This document shows, one piece after another, positions 1 to 10,598 of a stretch of DNA of 64,000 nt. The DNA is taken from sequence record OR999189.1; one strand, given 5' to 3'. The notes below the pieces were generated by a model that had not been told where the DNA came from, ran no database searches, and saw only the letters and a list, made by a program, of their open reading frames with translations. Both the position numbers and the translations under genes were made by a program. This DNA is from Enterobacteria phage P922. Numbering within the stretch: position 1 is the stretch's first letter; the number at the start of each line of letters is the position of its first letter.

Positions 1-578
1 TAATGAAATCTCTTTACCTCTGTTTGCACGTTATTAATGCCTTAGAAGCTATTCGTTTTTATGTATCTTTTGCATGTACCTTTAACTTCCATAAGAACAT
101 GGAAATCATGGAAGGTAATGCCAAGATTATGAAGTTCATTGCACGTGATGAGCAGCTTCACCTTAAAGGCACCCAATATATTATTCGTCAACTTCAATCC
201 GGTACTGATGGCGGCGAATGGGTTAAAATTGCTCAAGAGTGTGAACAAGAAGCAGTTGATATTTTCATGGAAGTTAACCGCCAAGAAAAAGATTGGGCAG
301 TTCATTTATTTAAAGATGGCGATGTTCCTGGATTAAATACAAATAGCATGTGGAGCTTTATTGATTACTTAACTGTATCTCGTATGAAACAGTGCGGTCT
401 TCCATGCCCAATTACCGATGCTCCGGTTAAACATCCATATCCTTGGATTCGTGAATACCTTAATTCTGATAATGTTCAATCCGCGCCACAAGAAGTAGAA
501 CTGTCATCTTACCTTGTTGCACAGATTGATAATGATGTTGATGATAAAGTTATGATGAGTTTTAAAAAATACTTTTAA
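1..578 (+). CDS. nrdB: Ribonucleotide reductase class Ia beta subunit, 3' part (5' end outside window)
   Basis: Translation aligns with the C-terminal half of R2 proteins (EAIRFYVSFAC, ARDEQLH, C-terminal SSYLVAQIDNDVDD tail); position upstream of denA as in T4. Confidence 0.93.
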   Translation, partial: MKSLYLCLHVINALEAIRFYVSFACTFNFHKNMEIMEGNAKIMKFIARDEQLHLKGTQYIIRQLQSGTDGGEWVKIAQECEQEAVDIFMEVNRQEKDWAVHLFKDGDVPGLNTNSMWSFIDYLTVSRMKQCGLPCPITDAPVKHPYPWIREYLNSDNVQSAPQEVELSSYLVAQIDNDVDDKVMMSFKKYF

Positions 579-582
579 GGAG

Positions 583-604
583 TGGGCCGCAAGGCCCATT
601 TTAT
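583..604 (+). terminator. GC hairpin (GGGCC-GCAA-GGCCC) followed by T-run after nrdB stop
   Basis: Inverted repeat with GNRA loop then TTTTATT, read directly. Confidence 0.5.
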
Positions 605-605
605 T

Positions 606-2193
<1,588 letters not shown>

Positions 2194-2195
2194 CT

Positions 2196-2225
2196 GTTTA
2201 CAAGTCCCTCGTGTTGTGTTATAGT
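2196..2225 (+). promoter_or_regulatory. T4-type early promoter (-35 GTTTAC, 18-bp spacer, -10 TATAGT) directly after rnlA stop
   Basis: GTTTAC at 2196-2201 and TATAGT at 2220-2225; near-identical cassette repeated at 18003. Confidence 0.6.
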
Positions 2226-2253
2226 AGACTTACTGACATAACATGAGGGCTTT

Positions 2254-2760
2254 ATGATGGATTTACAGCTTATTACTACTGAAATGGTCGTTGAAGCATA
2301 TGGTGATACTACAGATGGGATTTCTGTATTTAAAGGAAATCGTCGAGTTGGATATATCACCGATCTTAAGAAAGATTTAGCTAAGCAAGTCAAGCGGAAA
2401 ACGACCATTAAAGAATATCGAAATCGTCGTCTTGAGCAAGCCCGTGATATGCTTCCTGATGCGGTTGAGGAGATGAAAGTCTTTTTAGAAAATCAGCTTG
2501 CGAAATATGATTGCGAAGTATTCATTAATCAGACTCAACCTAATGTTCACATTAATAGCTGTAAATGCTACATCATCGTTAATCCTTTGACGGGAAAACA
2601 TCGTCTTGGAATTAGCAATCCAAATCGTAGTGCATCAGATATGGCAGAAGATGTTGAGGCATGCTTTAAAATTTCTAAATCTCCAGCTGAACATCATATT
2701 TTAATTAACGGTCTTTCTCAAGACGATATTGTAGAGGTTATTAAAACTTTATGCATGTAA
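2254..2760 (+). CDS. alc: Alc, blocks transcription of cytosine-containing host DNA, 168 aa
   Basis: Size (T4 Alc 167 aa) and position between rnlA and pseT.x; identity by synteny and recalled T4 order. Confidence 0.8.
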   Translation: MMDLQLITTEMVVEAYGDTTDGISVFKGNRRVGYITDLKKDLAKQVKRKTTIKEYRNRRLEQARDMLPDAVEEMKVFLENQLAKYDCEVFINQTQPNVHINSCKCYIIVNPLTGKHRLGISNPNRSASDMAEDVEACFKISKSPAEHHILINGLSQDDIVEVIKTLCM

Positions 2761-3104
2761 GTAATTTTACAGCTGGATTGCTATTACTTGTAATAGCATT
2801 TGGCGGAACTTCTTTAATTTTAAAAAGTAAAATTGAAAGATTAGAAACGTCTGTTGTAGAAATTACAAAAACGGCCAATGAAAACGCTTTAGCATTAAAT
2901 AATTTGCGAATTCAGTATAATTATATTGATGCGATGAATAATAAAAATCGTGAGGCAATTGCTGCTATTGAGCGTGAAAATGAAAAACTGCGCAAAGATG
3001 CAAAGAAGGCGGATGTGGTGGCTAATAAGCCAGGATTGGTTGAAAAACAAATCAACAACTCCTTCAACAAGTTCGCAGAAGACATCCAGGACCTTTCTAA
3101 ATGA
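2751..3104 (+). CDS. pseT.3: i-spanin (inner-membrane spanin subunit), 117 aa; T4 pseT.3 equivalent
   Basis: N-terminal TM helix (FTAGLLLLVIAFGGTSLIL) followed by coiled-coil-like periplasmic domain; immediately upstream of a lipoprotein ORF. Confidence 0.75.
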   Translation: MHVSNFTAGLLLLVIAFGGTSLILKSKIERLETSVVEITKTANENALALNNLRIQYNYIDAMNNKNREAIAAIERENEKLRKDAKKADVVANKPGLVEKQINNSFNKFAEDIQDLSK

Positions 3105-3400
3105 TTAAACTATCAGCAGTAATATTATCTATTGGTCTTCTAGTTGGTTGTTCGACAAAGCCTCTAGAAGTAAAGAAAGAAACAGTTCATCCTAATTGGC
3201 CTGTGCAAATAAAGTCATATGACGAAGCTAAACTATCTTGGCAAGTTAAAGTTATTGATGGTAAAGCTTGGGTCGGTATGCCATTCGAAGATTCTCAGGA
3301 ATTTCGTATTTGGCTTAATGATGTAAAACGATATGTACATGACCAAAAAACTATGATATGTTATTATCGTCAAGAGCTAAAAGAGGATAAATGTAAATGA
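3101..3400 (+). CDS. pseT.2: o-spanin (outer-membrane lipoprotein spanin subunit), 99 aa; T4 pseT.2 equivalent
   Basis: Signal peptide plus lipobox LLVGC-S, C-terminal Cys residues; ATGA overlap with upstream i-spanin ORF. Confidence 0.75.
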   Translation: MIKLSAVILSIGLLVGCSTKPLEVKKETVHPNWPVQIKSYDEAKLSWQVKVIDGKAWVGMPFEDSQEFRIWLNDVKRYVHDQKTMICYYRQELKEDKCK

Positions 3401-3623
3401 TTTCATGGCATCAATTTGAACATCTCAAAGGATTGATTTATGAATCTGAGATGGCTGCAATGATTTATGGACGCCAGATTCAACGATTAGAATCTTTACC
3501 TCCAACTAATGATGTTTTATTAGCTCAATCACGTGCTAATCTCAAAAATGAATATCAAAATAAGTGGGGCAAAGCATCTAAAGACCTGCATGATTATATT
3601 CAATCATTGGTTGAGAAAAATAA

Positions 3624-3627
<4 letters not shown>
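3397..3627 (+). CDS. Hypothetical early protein, 76 aa
   Basis: ORF with ATGA-type overlap to neighbours in early operon; no recognisable motif. Confidence 0.5.
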
Positions 3628-4845
<1,218 letters not shown>

Positions 4846-4846
<1 letters not shown>

Positions 4847-5043
4847 TGGCTTGGCATCATGAAACTTGGTCTATTGTTATTGTAAATAGCGGTTTAGTTG
4901 GTACTAGTAATGGGCAATTTTGTGTTTTCACTAGTGAAAACAGAGCTTGGGAGGAATGTCTTAAATTAAGAGAAAAGAATCCTGATGTTGAACTAACAGT
5001 AAAGAAAACTAAACTGCCTTTACCATGGAAAACTTATGAATAA
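4846..5043 (+). CDS. Hypothetical small protein, 65 aa (cd.x cluster)
   Basis: ORF in compact early operon between pseT and cd. Confidence 0.5.
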
Positions 5044-5236
5044 TCTAGAAAAGATTTATCGACTTTGTGATAAAATTGAAAAAGAAAAGAAATATCTATT
5101 TTGTTTATGGCCTATTGTAGATGGAAGAGTAGGCTTAGATGTTCTTGATTATGAAACAGAAGACAAAGTAGATGGTTCAATTTTTGATAACGCTTTGGAT
5201 GTTATTGATTGGCTTGAAGAAAATTATGTGAGGTAA
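5036..5236 (+). CDS. Hypothetical small protein, 66 aa (cd.x cluster)
   Basis: ORF in compact early operon. Confidence 0.5.
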   Translation: MNNLEKIYRLCDKIEKEKKYLFCLWPIVDGRVGLDVLDYETEDKVDGSIFDNALDVIDWLEENYVR

Positions 5237-5238
5237 AT

Positions 5239-5514
5239 ATGTTTCCGACTTACTCTAAAATCGTAGAAGTAGTGTTTAGCCAAATTATCGCTAATAACAT
5301 GTTTGAAAAGCTTGATAACGCAGCTGAGCTTCGAATTCATGCTCAAGTGACTCATGTATTGAACGCTTTGCTTCCAGACCAAGTGGATTCTATTGCAATT
5401 ACGCTGTATCCAGGTTCCGCGCATATCATTGTCGTATTCGGTCTTGATGCTGAGCTAGTCATCAAAGGCGATATTCGTTTTGAATCGCAGACAGCAGAAT
5501 TCAAAGCAATTTAA
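5239..5514 (+). CDS. Hypothetical small protein, 91 aa (cd.x cluster)
   Basis: ORF in compact early operon. Confidence 0.5.
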   Translation: MFPTYSKIVEVVFSQIIANNMFEKLDNAAELRIHAQVTHVLNALLPDQVDSIAITLYPGSAHIIVVFGLDAELVIKGDIRFESQTAEFKAI

Positions 5515-5516
5515 CA

Positions 5517-5555
5517 GTTTACTTTAAGGTAGAGTTGTGATATTATAGCTCTACC
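5517..5555 (+). promoter_or_regulatory. T4-type early promoter (GTTTAC, 18 bp, TATTAT) with 7-bp inverted repeat enclosing the -10
   Basis: GTTTAC 5517-5522, TATTAT 5541-5546, GGTAGAG 5528-5534 / CTCTACC 5549-5555. Confidence 0.55.
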
Positions 5556-5576
5556 AAAACAAATGAGGAAATTGAA

Positions 5577-6104
5577 ATGAGCGAATGGTTTGAAGAAGAT
5601 AAGGTTTATCGCTTTAAAGCTGGATATAAAGATATTTTTAATGAAACTTGTGGGGCTAATAAACGAATTGCCCAGTTTATTGGGGAAAATTCATTTAAAG
5701 TAAAAATAGATCCTGCGAAAAATGTTATTAGTATTAAACGCGAAATTGACGATTGCTGGTATAAAGCTGTTGATGTAATGGGCGAATCTTATAAAGATAG
5801 CCCGCTATTTTCAATTACTTATATGTCAGAATATTATTTTTTCGAAGAAGTTCAAAAAGATGACTCTATCAGTAAATTTGAAATTAAAACTGATAAAGAA
5901 ATTAAGTGGAAAGTAGTAGGTATTACTGGTTGTATGTTTTATATCTATGCTCAAACTGATACGAAGGAAGAAGCTAAAAAGAAAGCTCTAGAATATCTTG
6001 AAGAGTATGAAGAAGGCCCGGTAATGATTACCCAAGATGCCGAATTAGTTTCTGTCAAATTAGTTAAAAACGTTGAAAGTAAGGAGCTAGGATCAACATG
6101 CTAA
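5577..6104 (+). CDS. Hypothetical protein, 175 aa (cd.x cluster)
   Basis: ORF with SD GAGGAA upstream, own early promoter. Confidence 0.6.
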   Translation: MSEWFEEDKVYRFKAGYKDIFNETCGANKRIAQFIGENSFKVKIDPAKNVISIKREIDDCWYKAVDVMGESYKDSPLFSITYMSEYYFFEEVQKDDSISKFEIKTDKEIKWKVVGITGCMFYIYAQTDTKEEAKKKALEYLEEYEEGPVMITQDAELVSVKLVKNVESKELGSTC

Positions 6105-6334
6105 GCGAAAAACCAATTACTGTTAAAGAATTCCAAGAAAAAGTTAAACTATTTGCTCAGGAATTGGTAAATAAGGTTTCTGAACGATTTCCTGAAACAT
6201 CGGTTCGTGTTATTACCGAAACTCCTCGTTCAGTATTAGTAATTGTGAATCCAGGCGATGGTGACCAAATAACACATCTTAAACTGGATTTTGATGGATT
6301 AGTTGAAGCACAAAGGGTGTATGGCGTACTATGA
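6098..6334 (+). CDS. Hypothetical small protein, 78 aa
   Basis: ORF overlapping neighbours by a few nt. Confidence 0.5.
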   Translation: MLSEKPITVKEFQEKVKLFAQELVNKVSERFPETSVRVITETPRSVLVIVNPGDGDQITHLKLDFDGLVEAQRVYGVL

Positions 6335-6669
6335 TGAATTTAACTGATATAATTGATAATTGTCTTGAAAATGATACTGGCGATCATAGAGCGCTTGATT
6401 CTGAAACAGCACAGTTCATTAGAATAACTTTAATGAATGATACTCTAGTGAATAGTATTCATCCTTCTGTGTATGATGCTATTATTGTGACGAAGTATCC
6501 AGTTGAGCTTCACAAAAAGATGGCTGGTGCAATTTTTATTGATAAGAAAAACCGCTTTAAAGATGGGCAGAATATAATTAGTTCTGTTATTAAAAGTATA
6601 ACTAAACTTCGCCACGAAATTTATCGTGTTGAAACTGCTAAATCTGCTTATCTGGTGATTATGAAATGA
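6331..6669 (+). CDS. Hypothetical small protein, 112 aa
   Basis: ORF with ATGA overlap to cd. Confidence 0.5.
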   Translation: MMNLTDIIDNCLENDTGDHRALDSETAQFIRITLMNDTLVNSIHPSVYDAIIVTKYPVELHKKMAGAIFIDKKNRFKDGQNIISSVIKSITKLRHEIYRVETAKSAYLVIMK

Positions 6670-7247
6670 AAGCGAGTACAGTACTTCAAATTGCATATTT
6701 AGTATCACAAGAATCAAAATGTTGCTCCTGGAAGGTAGGAGCAGTAATTGAAAAGAATGGACGTATTATTTCTACCGGATATAATGGTTCACCTGCAGGT
6801 GGTGTGAACTGTTGTGATTATGCTGCTGAGCAAGGTTGGTTGCTGAATAAACCTAAACATACTATCATTCAAGGTCATAAGCCCGAATGTGTATCATTTG
6901 GTTCAACGGATCGTTTTGTCTTAGCGAAAGAACACCGTAGTGCTCACTCTGAATGGTCGTCTAAAAATGAAATTCATGCTGAACTAAATGCGATTTTGTT
7001 TGCTGCACGAAACGGTTCTTCAATTGAAGGTGCTACTATGTATGTAACACTTTCTCCTTGCCCAGATTGTGCAAAAGCGATAGCTCAATCTGGTATTAAA
7101 AAGCTGGTTTATTGCGAAACATACGATAAAAATAAACCTGGCTGGGATGATATTCTGCGAAATGCGGGTATTGAAGTGTTTAATGTTCCTAAGAAAAACT
7201 TAAATAAGTTAAATTGGGAAAATATCAACGAATTCTGTGGTGAATAA
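6666..7247 (+). CDS. cd: dCMP deaminase, 193 aa
   Basis: Cytidine/deoxycytidylate deaminase zinc motifs HAELNAI and PCPDCA; T4 cd length 193 aa. Confidence 0.93.
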   Translation: MKASTVLQIAYLVSQESKCCSWKVGAVIEKNGRIISTGYNGSPAGGVNCCDYAAEQGWLLNKPKHTIIQGHKPECVSFGSTDRFVLAKEHRSAHSEWSSKNEIHAELNAILFAARNGSSIEGATMYVTLSPCPDCAKAIAQSGIKKLVYCETYDKNKPGWDDILRNAGIEVFNVPKKNLNKLNWENINEFCGE

Positions 7248-7483
7248 TGAAATTTCGTTTGGTACAGCTCACAGCAATTAGTTCTTATTCTAACGAGAAC
7301 ATTTCATTTGCTGTAGAGTATAAGAAATATTTTTTCTCTAAATGGAAGCAGTATTATAAGTCAGAATGGGTTTGTATTGATAGACCGTATAGTTGGAAAT
7401 CTGATTTAGAAAAATGCCAAAAATTGCTTTCCACTCTTAAAGAACGTGGAACAACTCATATTAAAACTGTAATAGGTAAATAA
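7247..7483 (+). CDS. Hypothetical small protein, 78 aa (T4 31.2 position)
   Basis: ORF between cd and gene 31. Confidence 0.5.
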   Translation: MKFRLVQLTAISSYSNENISFAVEYKKYFFSKWKQYYKSEWVCIDRPYSWKSDLEKCQKLLSTLKERGTTHIKTVIGK

Positions 7484-7792
7484 ATGAAACTGACAACTGA
7501 ACAGAAAGTAGCAATTCGTGAAATTTTGAAAACTAAATTGTCCATGGGTATTTCAAACGTGGTTTTTGAAAAGTCTGATGGTACTATTCGTACTATGAAA
7601 GGCACTCGTGATGCTGACTTTATGCCAACTATGCAAACCGGTAAATTGACTGAATCTACTCGGAAAGAATCTACTGATATGATTCCGGTATTTGATGTTG
7701 AGCTCGGTGCATGGCGAGGTTTTTCTATTGACAAATTGATTTCCGTTAATGGTATGAAAGTTGAGCATTTGCTTCAATTTATTGGTAAATAA
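7484..7792 (+). CDS. Hypothetical small protein, 102 aa (T4 31.1 position)
   Basis: ORF between cd and gene 31. Confidence 0.55.
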   Translation: MKLTTEQKVAIREILKTKLSMGISNVVFEKSDGTIRTMKGTRDADFMPTMQTGKLTESTRKESTDMIPVFDVELGAWRGFSIDKLISVNGMKVEHLLQFIGK

Positions 7793-7826
7793 ATGCTTTA
7801 AGAATTATTTGTTATTATTAATTCAT
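7793..7826 (+). promoter_or_regulatory. Candidate MotA-dependent middle promoter for gene 31
   Basis: MotA-box-like ATGCTTTA about 12 bp upstream of TATTAT; gene 31 is known to be middle-transcribed in T4. Confidence 0.4.
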
Positions 7827-7848
7827 CTGTTAACAAAAAGGAAAAACG

Positions 7849-8184
7849 ATGTCTGAAGTACAACAGCTACCAATTCGTGCTGTCGGTGAATATGTTATTT
7901 TAGTTTCTGAACCTGCGCAAGCCGGTGATGAAGAAGTTACAGAATCAGGACTTATTATCGGTAAACGTGTTCAAGGTGAAGTTCCTGAACTGTGTGTAGT
8001 TCACTCCGTTGGTCCTGATGTTCCTGAAGGTTTCTGCGAAGTTGGTGATTTGACTTCTCTTCCAGTTGGTCAAATTCGAAACGTTCCGCATCCTTTTGTA
8101 GCTCTGGGACTTAAGCAGCCAAAAGAAATTAAACAAAAATTCGTTACCTGTCACTATAAAGCTATTCCGTGTCTTTATAAGTGA
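7849..8184 (+). CDS. 31: Co-chaperonin gp31 (GroES analogue for capsid folding), 111 aa
   Basis: Length 111 aa and position between cd and rIII as in T4. Confidence 0.9.
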
Positions 8185-8192
8185 TATAAATA
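8185..8192 (+). promoter_or_regulatory. Late promoter core TATAAATA downstream of gene 31 stop
   Basis: Exact TATAAATA octamer. Confidence 0.4.
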
Positions 8193-8331
8193 ATAATATG
8201 AATTGGGTGTCGGAATAATAAGTTAACCGAACAATTCTACGTGGTAGTCTACAACTGAGAGATCTGTCGAAAGAAGATGAAATTCAGAAGAACGTGACTA
8301 CCGAGTTTTAATCTCTAACGAGAATTTTTAA

Positions 8332-8580
8332 ATGATTAAACAATTACAACACGCTCTTGAACTGCAACGAAACGCATGGAATAATGGTCACGAAAACTAT
8401 GGCGCATCTATTGATGTTGAAGCCGAAGCTCTTGAAATCCTGCGTTATTTCAAACATCTGAATCCTGCTCAAACTGCATTAGCTGCTGAGCTTCAGGAAA
8501 AAGATGAACTTAAATATGCTAAGCCTTTGGCTTCTGCCGCACGAAAAGCAGTTCGTCACTTTGTGGTAACACTGAAGTAA
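8332..8580 (+). CDS. rIII: rIII lysis-inhibition accessory protein, 82 aa
   Basis: Length 82 aa and position next to gene 31 as in T4. Confidence 0.85.
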   Translation: MIKQLQHALELQRNAWNNGHENYGASIDVEAEALEILRYFKHLNPAQTALAAELQEKDELKYAKPLASAARKAVRHFVVTLK

Positions 8581-8776
8581 TTTATTGGAGATTCACTGCC
8601 TTAGTGTGAGCTAAAATCGAGGAGCCGTCGAACTGTCTGATTAATGATTTGCGAATCATTATAGTTTTAAGACCCCGACAGTTTTACGGTGTACCTCTTG
8701 AATGTTGACGAGGTTTATGGTTATCCTGTCGGTAAATATTCAAAACCTAAGTACCCCTTGAGGGCTTTCGCAGGCA

Positions 8777-8995
8777 ATGCCAATAAGTCCTGCATTTTCA
8801 TTTAAAAGAGAATTTATAATGGCAAAACAAGCTAAAGCAAAGAAAGCAGTTGAAAAGAAAGTTGGTGATTCTAAACGCGCTGGCTACAAGCGTGGGTCGA
8901 ACTCTCGTATCAATCAAACTGTTGAGAAGATCATGCGCCGAGCACGTGCGGTTCTTCGAGATGATGCTTCTCGTTTTGGTAAGCAGAAAGCATAA
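8777..8995 (+). CDS. Small highly basic protein (T4 30.9 position); probable true start ATG 8819 (58 aa)
   Basis: Lys/Arg-rich ORF MAKQAKAKKAVEKK...; followed by strong terminator. Confidence 0.5.
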   Translation: MPISPAFSFKREFIMAKQAKAKKAVEKKVGDSKRAGYKRGSNSRINQTVEKIMRRARAVLRDDASRFGKQKA

Positions 8996-9000
8996 GTTGA

Positions 9001-9029
9001 GGACTCCTTCGGGAGTCCTTTTTTATTTT
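9001..9029 (+). terminator. Rho-independent terminator
   Basis: GGACTCC-TTCG-GGAGTCC hairpin followed by TTTTTTATTTT. Confidence 0.75.
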
Positions 9030-9047
9030 CCAAAGATTGCACAAAGT

Positions 9048-9099
9048 TGTTTACAGTATGGTTCCTTTGTGATAGTATTATCTTACACAAACAAAGGAG
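9048..9099 (+). promoter_or_regulatory. T4-type early promoter with inverted repeat pairing spacer to downstream SD
   Basis: GTTTAC 9048-9053, -10 near 9072-9078, TCCTTTGTG 9063-9071 vs CACAAACAAAGGA 9086-9098. Confidence 0.5.
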
Positions 9100-9105
9100 A
9101 ATAAA

Positions 9106-9429
9106 ATGAAAACGATTAATCTGAACGCTACAGTTAAAACTAAATGCTTCAATGGTAAATATGATGAAACTATGTGGTTCTTAATGGCAGTTGAAGGTGA
9201 TATTATTGAAGTAGAAACAACAGAAGGTATGGGAACAGATTTCACCTTTACAATTCAAGTTCATAATTTCTTTACTGGTTGGATTTATGAATTGAATACA
9301 GTAATCGTTGGAAAAATTGAACAAAATGAATTAGGTGAATGGTATTATGTTACAGCGCGCCAACGTGCCGAACGCTTAATTGAGAAGATGAAAAAGTTGG
9401 TAAACTTGACATGCAGCACTGGAAAGTAG
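9106..9429 (+). CDS. Hypothetical protein, 107 aa (T4 30.8 position)
   Basis: ORF with SD AGGAG, preceded by early promoter. Confidence 0.6.
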   Translation: MKTINLNATVKTKCFNGKYDETMWFLMAVEGDIIEVETTEGMGTDFTFTIQVHNFFTGWIYELNTVIVGKIEQNELGEWYYVTARQRAERLIEKMKKLVNLTCSTGK

Positions 9430-9439
9430 TAAAATAATT

Positions 9440-9479
9440 GTTTACTTTGGTACAGGATATGATATTATATACCTGTACC
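9440..9479 (+). promoter_or_regulatory. T4-type early promoter (GTTTAC, 17 bp, TATTAT) with perfect 8-bp inverted repeat enclosing -10
   Basis: GTTTAC 9440-9445, TATTAT 9463-9468, GGTACAGG 9449-9456 / CCTGTACC 9472-9479. Confidence 0.6.
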
Positions 9480-9504
9480 GCAATTAAACATCTCGGAGAA
9501 TAAA

Positions 9505-9870
9505 ATGAACTACATCAACTTTGAACGTAAATATGTTTCTAACGGTATTGCAGGTTCTATTGATACTATCTGCCTTTGGAAACATCAAAATGGATCAGTA
9601 TGCGAAATTGAACAGTATATGACTCCTAATTACGTTTATATGCGATTTGAAAATGGCATCACGGTTTCAATCACGAAAGAAGGTTCTTCTTTTAAAATCG
9701 CATTAGATGATGATTTTCGTCAACGTGATTTAGGTACCCATCCTTGCTGGAACGGCGTTAATCGTAAGCTTCTGGTTAAAACTTGGATTCGTCATATTCT
9801 GAGTAACAGAGCTAAACCTGAGCATCTTGAAGCAATCTTTGATGTAGTTCTTAACGAATTTGATATTTAA
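9505..9870 (+). CDS. Hypothetical protein, 121 aa (T4 30.7 position)
   Basis: ORF with SD GGAGAA. Confidence 0.6.
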   Translation: MNYINFERKYVSNGIAGSIDTICLWKHQNGSVCEIEQYMTPNYVYMRFENGITVSITKEGSSFKIALDDDFRQRDLGTHPCWNGVNRKLLVKTWIRHILSNRAKPEHLEAIFDVVLNEFDI

Positions 9871-9878
9871 AATAAAAC

Positions 9879-9894
9879 AGGGGCTTCGGCCCCT
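9879..9894 (+). other. Intercistronic RNA hairpin (AGGGGC-TTCG-GCCCCT), no T-run
   Basis: Perfect 6-bp GC stem with UUCG loop. Confidence 0.5.
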
Positions 9895-9910
9895 TACTGA
9901 GGAAAATACT

Positions 9911-10198
9911 ATGTTTATGACTACTTATTTTGATACCCGCAAAAATTTCTGTGAAGTAGTTTTCTCTAAGGCGCCTAAAGACCTTCCTGCTCATTTGCAG
10001 CCTACCAGTGAATCGATTAAAAACTACGTTAATGTAGTCTGCCCTTTAGAGTTCCGTACTGTAAATGGGCGTGATACTCTAGCTATCACTAAACTCAATC
10101 GTGAAATTGACATTGACCCTTCAATTGCGCATGAAATTAATATTTCTGACATTGGTGGTGGTAATGTTAAATCGCACGGATTTCAGATGAGGTTCTAA
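9911..10198 (+). CDS. Hypothetical protein, 95 aa (T4 30.6 position)
   Basis: ATG 9911 with SD GAGGAA; ORF-track start 9860 would translate through the hairpin. Confidence 0.5.
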   Translation: MFMTTYFDTRKNFCEVVFSKAPKDLPAHLQPTSESIKNYVNVVCPLEFRTVNGRDTLAITKLNREIDIDPSIAHEINISDIGGGNVKSHGFQMRF

Positions 10199-10395
10199 TG
10201 AAATTCTTTTTGGGTCAAACTGTTGAATTAAAGGGAGTCGGTATACCTGGATTAATTTCTAAGGTTTTGCCTGCATTTAAATGGAGAGACGTTCAAATAA
10301 AAGAAGCTTATATTGTTTCTTGGGTAGATGGAAATGAAGACCTTCGTATGGGCGATGAATTATCTCCTATCTATGGATTAAAGGAATTAGTATGA
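10198..10395 (+). CDS. Hypothetical small protein, 65 aa
   Basis: ORF, ATGA overlap. Confidence 0.5.
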   Translation: MKFFLGQTVELKGVGIPGLISKVLPAFKWRDVQIKEAYIVSWVDGNEDLRMGDELSPIYGLKELV

Positions 10396-10598
10396 ATATA
10401 ATTAATAAGATTTTTGGAATTCAGTACATTAAGGTCACATATAAAGTAACATATAAAGGTCCGTATACCGATGAACATGAAGAACCACAAGTTAAGTCTA
10501 TTATATTAGAAAAGGACCCTAACTGGCCAGTTGAATTTCGTCTTCCTTGCTATGGTCATTGGGCTGATGTTGAAATTATAAGTATTGAAAATGTCTGA
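10392..10598 (+). CDS. Hypothetical small protein, 68 aa
   Basis: ORF, ATGA overlap. Confidence 0.5.
   Translation: MNIINKIFGIQYIKVTYKVTYKGPYTDEHEEPQVKSIILEKDPNWPVEFRLPCYGHWADVEIISIENV

Noticed and set aside
1-578. Group I intron / I-TevIII in nrdB
   Set aside because: The visible nrdB portion is a continuous exon matching R2 proteins; any intron would lie upstream of the window.
8581-8818. Possible tRNA or small structured RNA gene in the rIII-30.9 gap
   Set aside because: No GTTCGAATC-type T-loop or cloverleaf arrangement; kept as an unexplained structured region but not called a tRNA.
8850-9104. 84-aa ORF overlapping the 30.9-position ORF and running through the terminator and next promoter
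   Set aside because: Alternative frame spanning a rho-independent terminator and an early promoter; implausible as a gene.
9860-9910. Upstream start for the 30.6-position ORF
   Set aside because: The extension is encoded by the GC hairpin itself; ATG 9911 with an SD is the better start.
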